From assembly GCA_004297305.1 (NCBI GenBank), contig SCTR01000002.1, forward strand, positions 79,440 to 143,439: a stretch of DNA of 64,000 nucleotides. The letters are read 5' to 3'. The translations under genes were made by a program, and so were the position numbers. Within the stretch, counting starts at the first letter, position 1. Each line of letters starts with the position of its first letter. Of the stretch, positions 30,460 through 37,996 are shown piece after piece. The stretch is from Actinomycetota bacterium (GTDB lineage Bacteria; Actinomycetota; Actinomycetes; S36-B12; FW305-bin1). A model generated the notes under the pieces. The model was not told the origin of the DNA, searched no databases, and was given only the letters and a program-made list of their open reading frames with translations.

Positions 30460-31326
30460 GTGATCGCGGCGGGCGGACGTTCTTTCTCGTTCGAGTTCTT
30501 CCCGCCGAAGACCGATGAGGGCGAACGCGCGTTGTGGCAGGCGCTGCGGGAGTTGGAGCCGCTGCGTCCGACGTTCGTGTCGGTCACGTACGGCGCCGGT
30601 GGCAGTACCCGGGACCGGACGGTCCGGGTCACCGCGCGGATCGCGCAGCAGACGACGATGACCCCGGTCGCCCACCTGACCTGTGTCGGGGCCAGCCCCG
30701 ACGAGCTGCGGGCGGTGGTCGCCCAGTACGCCGACGCCGGGGTGCGGACCATCCTGGCGCTGCGCGGCGATCCGCCCGGCGGACCCGGGCAGCCGTGGGT
30801 GCAGCATCCCGGCGGGCTCGCGCACGCCGACGAGCTGGTCCGGCTCATCCGTTCACTGGGCGACTTCAGCGTCGGCGTGGCCGCCTTCCCGGACAAGCAT
30901 CCCGAGGCGGTCGATCTGGAGGCCGACGCGGTCGCGCTGGCGCGCAAGCAGGACGCCGGTGCGGACTTCGCGATCACGCAGTTCTTCTTCCGGGCCCGGG
31001 ACTACTTCGAGCTGGTCGAACGCGCGGCACGGCACGGGTGCGACCTGCCCATCATCCCGGGGCTGATGCCCGTCACCAATCTGGCCCAGATCTCGCGCTT
31101 CGCTGCCTTCTCCGGTGCGGCGCTGCCGGACGAACTCACGGCGCGGTTCGCGGCTCTCGGCGACGATCCGGACGCGGTCCGCCGGCTCGGCGTCGAGATC
31201 ACCACTGCCTTGGCCGACGACCTGCTCGCCGCGGGTGCCCCAGGGCTACACCTCTACACGCTCAACAGATCCACGGCCACCCGCGAGATCTATGCGGCCC
31301 TGGGGGCTGCCGTCGGCAACCGCTGA
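30460..31326 (+). CDS. metF: Methylenetetrahydrofolate reductase
   Basis: SFEFFPPKT, VSVTYGAGGSTR and THLTCVG-type motifs. GTG 30460 has GAGGG 8 nt upstream. It is the 3' part of the 1117-aa track ORF. Confidence 0.9.
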   Translation: MIAAGGRSFSFEFFPPKTDEGERALWQALRELEPLRPTFVSVTYGAGGSTRDRTVRVTARIAQQTTMTPVAHLTCVGASPDELRAVVAQYADAGVRTILALRGDPPGGPGQPWVQHPGGLAHADELVRLIRSLGDFSVGVAAFPDKHPEAVDLEADAVALARKQDAGADFAITQFFFRARDYFELVERAARHGCDLPIIPGLMPVTNLAQISRFAAFSGAALPDELTARFAALGDDPDAVRRLGVEITTALADDLLAAGAPGLHLYTLNRSTATREIYAALGAAVGNR

Positions 31327-31377
31327 CGCCGACGACACGATGACGGCCGGTCGCCTCCTGACGACAGTTCCTCGATC

Positions 31378-32877
31378 ATGACGACCGACCAGCTGTCGGT
31401 CGTCATCCTGCTCGGGTCGGCGATCGTGCTCGTCGCCGTGGTCGGCGTGCGACTGGCCGCTCGCCTGGGCGTTCCCGGTCTGCTGCTGTACCTCTTCCTC
31501 GGCATCGCGCTCGGCGAGGACGGGCTCGGCATCGTCTTCGACGACGCGGACCTGGCCACCGTCCTCGGCTACGTCGCGCTGGCGATCATCCTGGCCGAGG
31601 GCGGTCTGACCACCCGGGTGACGCAGCTGAGACCGGTTGCGGCGCCGGCACTTGCCCTGGCGTCAGTGGGTATGGCGGTGTCCATCGGCGTCGTCGCCAC
31701 GGTGCTGCACGTCGGCCTGGGTACCGACTGGCGGACTGCACTGCTCCTCGGCACGGTGCTGGCGCCGACCGATGCCGCGGCGGTGTTCTCGGTGCTGCGC
31801 TCCAGCCGGGTCGCACCGCGGCTGCGGGTCCTGCTCGAGGCCGAGGCCGGATTCAACGACGCGCCAGCCGTCGTGTTGGTGGCGGTGTTGTCCAGCACCG
31901 CCTTCGGCGACGCCTCGCCCTGGCTGATCCCGGTCGTCGTGCTGATCGAACTCGTCGCCGGCGCCGTGATCGGGCTCGCGGTGGGTTACGTCGCGCGGGT
32001 GCTGTTGCCCCGGTTGGCGTTGCCGGCCTCGGGGCTGTATCCGATCGCCACGCTGGCGTTCATCGCGACTGCCTACGGCCTCGCGTCGTTCCTGCACACC
32101 AGCGGGTTCATGGCCGTCTACGTCGCCTCGGTGCTCATCGCGGCATCGCCCATCCCGCATCGCCGCTCGGTGATCGGGTTCGTCGAGGGTCTCGCGTGGA
32201 CCGCCCAGATCGGGCTGTTCATCATGCTCGGGCTGCTGTCCGATCCGTCCCGGCTCACCGATGCCGTCGGCATCGCCGTGGTGACCTGCCTCGCGCTGGT
32301 CTTCCTGGCCCGGCCGTTGAGCGTCGTGGTCTCGCTGGTGCCGTTCCGGCTGCCCCCTCGATGGCGGCTCTATCTGAGCTGGGCCGGTCTGCGGGGCGCG
32401 GTCCCCATCGTCTTCGCGTCAATCCCGTTGGGCGAGAACGTCCCGGACAGTGCAGTCATCTTCGACGCCACGCTGCTGGTGGTCGTCGTCCTCACCTTGG
32501 TGCAGACACCGACGCTGCCGTGGTTCGCCCGCCGGATCGGGGTCGAGGAGTCGACACCGGTGGGTGAACTCGAGGTCGACAGCGCACCGCTGGACGGTAT
32601 GCGGGCCGGCTTGCTCGGCCTCGACGTCCCGGCCGGTTCCAACCTGGTCGGTACCTACGTCCGGGAACTCGGCCTGCCCGACGGCGCCGTCGTCTCGCTG
32701 GTCGTCCGGGACGGCGCAGGCATGGTGCCGGACCTGCAGACGAGGCTGCGGGCCGGCGACCGGCTGCTCGTCGTGGCTACCGACGACGTGCGGTCAGCCG
32801 CCGAGCGCCGGTTGCGGGCGGTGAGCCGGCGGGGCCGGCTGGCGGCCTGGCTCGGGGACTCCGGCGATCCGGACTGA
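31378..32877 (+). CDS. K+/H+ (CPA1, NhaP2-type) antiporter with C-terminal TrkA-C/RCK domain
   Basis: Multi-TM Na_H_exchanger core (APTDAAAV, EAGFNDAPAVV), followed by a soluble TrkA_C-like tail (GDRLLVVA). Confidence 0.85.
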   Translation: MTTDQLSVVILLGSAIVLVAVVGVRLAARLGVPGLLLYLFLGIALGEDGLGIVFDDADLATVLGYVALAIILAEGGLTTRVTQLRPVAAPALALASVGMAVSIGVVATVLHVGLGTDWRTALLLGTVLAPTDAAAVFSVLRSSRVAPRLRVLLEAEAGFNDAPAVVLVAVLSSTAFGDASPWLIPVVVLIELVAGAVIGLAVGYVARVLLPRLALPASGLYPIATLAFIATAYGLASFLHTSGFMAVYVASVLIAASPIPHRRSVIGFVEGLAWTAQIGLFIMLGLLSDPSRLTDAVGIAVVTCLALVFLARPLSVVVSLVPFRLPPRWRLYLSWAGLRGAVPIVFASIPLGENVPDSAVIFDATLLVVVVLTLVQTPTLPWFARRIGVEESTPVGELEVDSAPLDGMRAGLLGLDVPAGSNLVGTYVRELGLPDGAVVSLVVRDGAGMVPDLQTRLRAGDRLLVVATDDVRSAAERRLRAVSRRGRLAAWLGDSGDPD

Positions 32878-32887
32878 CCGCGACCGA

Positions 32888-34387
32888 TCAGGCCCGGCCG
32901 ACGAGGTCGGCCACGATCTCCGCGGACAGGCCGACCAACGGCAATCCGCCGCCGGGGTGGGCGGACCCGCCGACCAGGAAGAGTCCGGGCAGCGGGGACC
33001 GGTTGGCCGGCCGCAGGAACGCCGCTCGCGGTCCGTTGCTGGCCGAGCCGTAGATGGCGCCGCCGGGCGAGTGGGTGTCCGCGGCGATATCGGCCGGCGT
33101 GCGGATTGCCCGCCACAGCACGCGGTCGCGGATGTCGACCCCGCGCCGCGCCAGGACGGCCAGCAGGTGATCGGCGTACGCCTCGGCCACACCGGGCGCC
33201 CGCCAGTCGACGGTGCCGTCCTGAGCCGCCGCGCTGCCGTGGCGCGGTGCGTTCACCAGGACCGACCAGGCCTGCCCGTCCGGTGGCCGCATCGCGTCGT
33301 CGTCCGGATTGCAGATGTAGATCGCCGGATCGTCGACCGGTCGCGGGTCCCGGCCGAACAGTGCGTCGAACTCCGCGTCGTAGTCGGCCGGGAAGAACAC
33401 GTTGTGGTGCAGCAGCTTCGGGTCTCTGCCGCGGAGGGCCAGCAGGAGGGAGAAACCCGACGACGAGGCGGTCGCCCGGCTCACCCGCCGTACGGCGCCC
33501 CGCAGCCGGCGGTCGCTCGGGACCAGTTCGGTGTACAACTGTCGCGCGTCGGTGTCGGCGACGACGACGTCCGCGGCCAGCCGCTCCCCGCCGGCCAGCG
33601 CGACTCCGGTGACCCTGCCGCCGTCGGCGGTCACCTGGACGACCTCGGTGCCCAGCCGCAGCTGCACACCTCGTTCCCGGCACCGCTCGGCCAGCGCGTC
33701 GGCCAGCGTGGCGAGTCCACCACCGAGGTGCCAGGCGCCGAACAGTTGTTCCACGTACGGGATCGTCACGAGGGCTGCCGGTGCCCGGCGCGGATCCGCC
33801 CCGGTGTACGTCGCGTACCGGTCCAGCAGCGTGACCAGCCGTGGATCGGCGAAGTGGCTGCGCCCCAACGAGTGCAGCGACCGCCAGGGGGCAACCGCGC
33901 GCAGGTCCTGCGGCCGGCGGGCGAGCGGGAGCAGGTCGCGGGCGCCGGCCACGGGCGAGGACAGCACCGGGCCGCGGGTCAGCGACCACACCGCCGCCGC
34001 GCGCTGCATCAGTGCGCGCCAGTCTGCCGCGGCCCGGCCGCCGAAGGCGTCGCCAAGGGCCTGCGCGCAGCGACCGGGGTCGACGCCGGGCATCGTCAGG
34101 TGCGTGCCGTCGGCGAAGTGGTAGCCGAACCCGGGATCGACCGGACGCAGGTCGACCGACTCCTCCAGCGCGCGACCGGTCTTGTTGAACAGGTCCCGGT
34201 AGACCGCCGGCAGCGTCAGCAAACTCGGCCCGGTGTCGAAGACGAACGCGCCGTGCCGGGTGCTGGCCAGTTTGCCGCCGTACGTCGTGGCCTGTTCGAC
34301 GATGGTGACGTCGTGCCGTTTCACTCGCAGCCGGGCAGCGACCGCCAGGCCGGCGACGCCGGCACCGATCACCACGATCCGGGCCAC
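32888..34387 (-). CDS. Phytoene-desaturase-family oxidoreductase (CrtD-like hydroxycarotenoid 3,4-desaturase candidate)
   Basis: FAD motif IVVIGAGVAGLAVAARL and a CrtI-family C-terminus (LFLVGGSAHPGGGLPLV). GTG 34387 is 8 nt after TAGGGT (plus-strand coordinates 34396-34401). Confidence 0.8.
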   Translation of the reverse strand: MARIVVIGAGVAGLAVAARLRVKRHDVTIVEQATTYGGKLASTRHGAFVFDTGPSLLTLPAVYRDLFNKTGRALEESVDLRPVDPGFGYHFADGTHLTMPGVDPGRCAQALGDAFGGRAAADWRALMQRAAAVWSLTRGPVLSSPVAGARDLLPLARRPQDLRAVAPWRSLHSLGRSHFADPRLVTLLDRYATYTGADPRRAPAALVTIPYVEQLFGAWHLGGGLATLADALAERCRERGVQLRLGTEVVQVTADGGRVTGVALAGGERLAADVVVADTDARQLYTELVPSDRRLRGAVRRVSRATASSSGFSLLLALRGRDPKLLHHNVFFPADYDAEFDALFGRDPRPVDDPAIYICNPDDDAMRPPDGQAWSVLVNAPRHGSAAAQDGTVDWRAPGVAEAYADHLLAVLARRGVDIRDRVLWRAIRTPADIAADTHSPGGAIYGSASNGPRAAFLRPANRSPLPGLFLVGGSAHPGGGLPLVGLSAEIVADLVGRA

Positions 34388-34414
34388 GGCGGCCGACCCT
34401 AGACGGCCACCGCG

Positions 34415-35557
34415 TCACGGCAGCCGGCGGTCCTTCCAGGTCAGTGAGCCTCGGCGATGCCGTTGGTACGACAGCCACGACAGCGCCGCCAGGCAGCTGA
34501 TCGACACCGGATGGGCCAGCGCGTCCGGCCAGCACCGTGAGCCGGTGCGACGCCCGCAGATCACCCGGCTCGCGACCCCGGCCGCGTAGCCGGTGGCACC
34601 CAGCAACCGGGTCGCGGTGTCCGGCGACAGGATTGCGGCCGCCGGCGGCACGACGTAACAACCCAGCAGCAACGCGACGATCGCTGCCGACCGACCGGGC
34701 GACCCGCCGGCCGCCCACAGCGACTTGGCGTACCCGTCGACCAGGGCGCGGGCGCCGACGTACATCCGGCATCGCGCGATCGTCGACCCGTCCGCGACGC
34801 TGCCGCGACCTCCGGTGGCGAGGACGCGGCGCAGCAGGGCGATGTCGTCGAGCACCTCCCCGCGGATCGCCGCATGGCCGCCGGCGCGCCGGTAGGCGGC
34901 GGCGTCGACGGCGAGAAGTTGCCCGTTGGCGACGGCCAGCGACGGCCGGGGAGACCGCTCGGCCCACCGCAGTGGCACGGTGGTGAGCCACGACCAGCAC
35001 AGCAGCGGTTGGACCAGCCGTTCCAGCCAGCTGTCCGCCAGCTGCCGCGGGTACGGCGACACCAGGGCATACCGGTTGCGCCGCAACAGGTCGACCGTGG
35101 CAGCGACGCCGTGCGGGGCGACCACCACGTCCGCGTCGAGGAAGACCAGGACCGAACCGGTCGCAGCGTCCCCGAGTTGCTGGCAGGCCCACGGTTTCCC
35201 CAGCCAGCCCGCCGGTGGCTCGGACGCGACGCCGGACAGCAGCCGGACCCGGGGGTCGGCAGCCGCGAGCGCCGCCACGACGGCGGCTGTGTCGTCGCGC
35301 GAGGCGTCGTCGAGGACGAGGAACTCGGCGTACGGCAGCCCGGTCTGCTGCTGCAACGCCGCGACACATGGCCCGATGGTCGCCGCCTCGTTGCGGGCGG
35401 GAATGAGCACGGACACCTTCTCCTGCACCGGTTCCGGGTTCTGGCGTGGCCGGCGTAGCAGCCGCGCGTTGATCCCGCTGTGGATCGCCCCGGCGATCGC
35501 GGCCGCTGCTGCCGCCGCCACGACGGTCCGGACGGCGAGCGCGCCGGTCGGCCTCAC
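34415..35557 (-). CDS. Family-2 glycosyltransferase with C-terminal TM region (carotenoid glycosyltransferase candidate, CruC/CrtX-like)
   Basis: GT2 motifs VSVLIPARNE, VLDDASRDDT and FLDADV. GTG 35557 overlaps the upstream stop (GTGA). Confidence 0.75.
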   Translation of the reverse strand: MRPTGALAVRTVVAAAAAAAIAGAIHSGINARLLRRPRQNPEPVQEKVSVLIPARNEAATIGPCVAALQQQTGLPYAEFLVLDDASRDDTAAVVAALAAADPRVRLLSGVASEPPAGWLGKPWACQQLGDAATGSVLVFLDADVVVAPHGVAATVDLLRRNRYALVSPYPRQLADSWLERLVQPLLCWSWLTTVPLRWAERSPRPSLAVANGQLLAVDAAAYRRAGGHAAIRGEVLDDIALLRRVLATGGRGSVADGSTIARCRMYVGARALVDGYAKSLWAAGGSPGRSAAIVALLLGCYVVPPAAAILSPDTATRLLGATGYAAGVASRVICGRRTGSRCWPDALAHPVSISCLAALSWLSYQRHRRGSLTWKDRRLP

Positions 35558-36348
35558 CGGCGCGCGGTCCAGGTGGTCCAGGCCCAGGGCAGGACGACCA
35601 GGCCCATGAGCAGCCCGCCCCACAGCGCCACTGCCGGCCGGTCGAAGAAGACGGCGTTGGCCACGACGTTGCCGACGAAGGTCCACGTCAGCAGCAGGGC
35701 CGGGACGCCGTCACTGGCGCGTCGGTCCGGCAGCCGATCCAGCAGCAGCATGAGGACGAAGGCCGTGAGCAGCCAGCCGACGTAGTTCTGCAGCGGCACA
35801 GCGGGAATCCCCGGCAACGCCGGATCGGTGACCGACCAGAGCCAGTGCCCGTCGGCGACCATCTGGCTGTCCAGGAAGATGTCCCAGGTGGCCAGCAACC
35901 AGGCTGCCAGCAAGGGCCGCAGCAAGGGCGAGGCGGACAGCGCCCGGCCGGCCAGCAGACAGGGATAGGCCATCATCGACCAGGCCAGGGCCACCACGAC
36001 CGGGACGTCGCCGATCCGTGGACCGAGCGAATCCCCATACACATACTCCCCGAAGGGGAATCCGGTACGAGTTCCCAGGATCTCGACGGCGAGGCCGAGC
36101 CCGGCGGAGATGACCAGGAAGCCGCTGGCCCACGCCAGGCCGCGATGCAGCAGCGCATGGCTGGCCGAGGCGAGGAAGAAGCAGCACACCACCGCGATGG
36201 TGAGCGCGTCGCGGTCGCCGTCGACGAGCACCCAGACGATCTGCAATGCCACGGTCGCCACGGTGAGGCACCAGGGCACGACCTGACGCAGTCCACCCAC
36301 CGGCGACGCCCGGTTGGAGTGCGGCCCGGTGTAGACGCGCACGCTCAC
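35554..36348 (-). CDS. Carotenoid biosynthesis membrane protein (PF04240/CruF-like 1',2'-hydratase candidate)
   Basis: Polytopic 264-aa protein with GFPFGEYVY and LAWSMMAYP-type motifs seen in the 'carotenoid biosynthesis protein' family. The start is uncertain (36348 or GTG 36300). Confidence 0.65.
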   Translation of the reverse strand: MSVRVYTGPHSNRASPVGGLRQVVPWCLTVATVALQIVWVLVDGDRDALTIAVVCCFFLASASHALLHRGLAWASGFLVISAGLGLAVEILGTRTGFPFGEYVYGDSLGPRIGDVPVVVALAWSMMAYPCLLAGRALSASPLLRPLLAAWLLATWDIFLDSQMVADGHWLWSVTDPALPGIPAVPLQNYVGWLLTAFVLMLLLDRLPDRRASDGVPALLLTWTFVGNVVANAVFFDRPAVALWGGLLMGLVVLPWAWTTWTARR

Positions 36349-36405
36349 CGGGGCGCCTGCCAGTGCGGCGGGAGCGGCCGGCCGGCGCGGGACACGCAGC
36401 GCATC

Positions 36406-37152
36406 CTAGGGACGGCGGACCGGCTGGCCGTCGAAGGTTCCCTCGACGTCGTCCAGGGCGAACCGGGCGAACAGTTCCTCGCCGTACCAGGCTCGATCGC
36501 GGGTGGCCGAGATCACGGAGCGATGCGCCGAGCGGCGATGGGCGAACTCGACGAGTTCCTCGGCGCTGGCCCAGATGCTCACGGTCCCCTGCAGCAGGAC
36601 GGGAGCTTCGCCGACGGCCACGGCGAGCAACGGACGGGGTCCGCCGGACCACAGGTCGGTGGTGACGGCGGGGACCGCGGCGGCGAACTCCCGCCAGCGG
36701 CCCGGTCGGACCCGCGCCCGCGTGACGGCCACCACCGGTCCCTGCCAGGGCTGACGCCGTGCCCCGGCCGCACCGGCCGGACTGCCGAACGGTTCGCTGC
36801 CCGACCAGCTGCCGCGGCTGCTCAGCGGCCGCAGCCGTAGCCGCAGCCGCTCGGTGGCCATCGCGTTCCACCCCCGCAGGGCGGGCTGCTGGTCGGCCCG
36901 GTCGGCGTCCTGCGCCCGGTCCCAGGCCACCAGCGCCGCCCATCGTCGTACGTCGGCGCCACCGGCACCGAAACTCGTCCCCGGGCCGGTCCCGAGGAGT
37001 TTGGCGAAGCGGACGCCGGGGAGCCGGCGCAGTTGCCGGCGCCCGGTCGCCACCCGCAGCAGCGCGCGGGGGACCGCGGCGCGCGAGATCCGCCAGACGT
37101 CGAAGGTGACCAGCTCGGGAGGGTCCGGCGACCTCGCGGCGGAGCCGGACAT
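36406..37152 (-). CDS. CrtA (spheroidene monooxygenase)-like two-repeat protein; carotenoid oxygenase candidate
   Basis: 248 aa built from two similar halves of about 110 aa (VTFDVWRISRAAVPRAL... and VVAVTRARVRPGRWREF...). The position is contiguous with the carotenoid genes. Family recalled, not verified. Confidence 0.45.
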   Translation of the reverse strand: MSGSAARSPDPPELVTFDVWRISRAAVPRALLRVATGRRQLRRLPGVRFAKLLGTGPGTSFGAGGADVRRWAALVAWDRAQDADRADQQPALRGWNAMATERLRLRLRPLSSRGSWSGSEPFGSPAGAAGARRQPWQGPVVAVTRARVRPGRWREFAAAVPAVTTDLWSGGPRPLLAVAVGEAPVLLQGTVSIWASAEELVEFAHRRSAHRSVISATRDRAWYGEELFARFALDDVEGTFDGQPVRRP

Positions 37153-37225
37153 GGCTGGACCGTACCGGCCCGATCCCGTCCGCCGAAGGGGTTGCGCTCA
37201 AGCTGCGGATCCACGACGCTAGGAG

Positions 37226-37241
37226 TCGAACACACGTTCGA
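37226..37241. promoter_or_regulatory. LexA (SOS) box, actinobacterial type
   Basis: A perfect TCGAAC-ACAC-GTTCGA palindrome matching the TCGAAC-N4-GTTCGA consensus. It lies in the divergent spacer, 125 nt upstream of the HEPN-like gene. Confidence 0.7.
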
Positions 37242-37365
37242 TCGTGACTGGTTCGGCCCGTACCGACGCGGTTGTCAGACCGTCGGACCAGCATCGAGCA
37301 GTGGCCGGGTGGCCGGGCGCGGCTGACCGCGACCGACCCCCACCGACCGCGACAGAGGAGGGCAC

Positions 37366-37899
37366 ATGGGATCACTGCAGACCGCCACGACTCGGGAGAC
37401 CCGTGCCCGACGGGCCGCGGTCGAACACGCCCGGGGGCGACGAGGTGTGCCGCGGCCGCCGGTGCCGGTGGCCGCTCGCGACCTGCTCAACGGGGCGGCC
37501 CATGGTCTGCAGGAGGCGGGTCACGCCGTGCAGATCCCGCAGCGCTACGCCCTGGCGCATCTGGCGGCGCTGCGAGCCGCGGCAGCGGTCCTGGCTGCCC
37601 GGGCCCAGGCTCCGATGGGTCGATCACGGGTTCGCAGCGTCTGGGCGCTGCTGCCCGATGTCGCTCCCGAACTCGCGGAGTGGTCGGCGTACTTCGCCGC
37701 CGGAGCCGGCAAGCGGGCCGCAGCCGAAGCAGGTCTCTCGCGGGCGGTGACCGCCCGCGAGGCCGACGACCTGCTGCGCGCCGCCGAGACCTTCCTCGCT
37801 CTGGTGGACACGACGCTCGGGGTCGATCGCTACCCGGCCCGTCCCGACTGGCCGGTCGAGCGCGTCGACGCCGGGGTGCAGCTCCGACCGGTCGGCTGA
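37366..37899 (+). CDS. HEPN-domain protein (SAV_6107-family-like)
   Basis: 177-aa Ala-rich helical protein with the R-x4-H motif RYALAHLAALRAAAAVLA and a ...VTAREADDLLRAAETFLALV segment. SD GAGGAGGG precedes ATG 37366. Confidence 0.65.
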   Translation: MGSLQTATTRETRARRAAVEHARGRRGVPRPPVPVAARDLLNGAAHGLQEAGHAVQIPQRYALAHLAALRAAAAVLAARAQAPMGRSRVRSVWALLPDVAPELAEWSAYFAAGAGKRAAAEAGLSRAVTAREADDLLRAAETFLALVDTTLGVDRYPARPDWPVERVDAGVQLRPVG

Positions 37900-37996
37900 G
37901 CGCCCAGGAATTCCCGTACGGCTGCGTCGTGTCGGCGGAGCGCGTCGATGCGGCGGCCGGGGTAGGGGTCGGGATACTCCAGTTGAGGAGGACGAG

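Noticed and set aside
32655-35369. A 904-aa minus-strand ORF and several ORFs of 200-480 aa overlapping the crtD-like and GT2 genes.
   Set aside because: They are out of frame or antisense relative to genes with clear FAD and GT2 motifs. They have extreme Arg/Pro content and no motifs.
37272-37295. TTGTCAG, resembling the RecA-independent (PafBC-type) DNA-damage promoter motif TGTCRGTG-N8-TANNNT, upstream of the HEPN gene.
   Set aside because: Only the first half matches. The expected position of the -10 reads AGCATC, with no TANNNT. This is too weak to call, and it is mentioned only as context for the SOS box.
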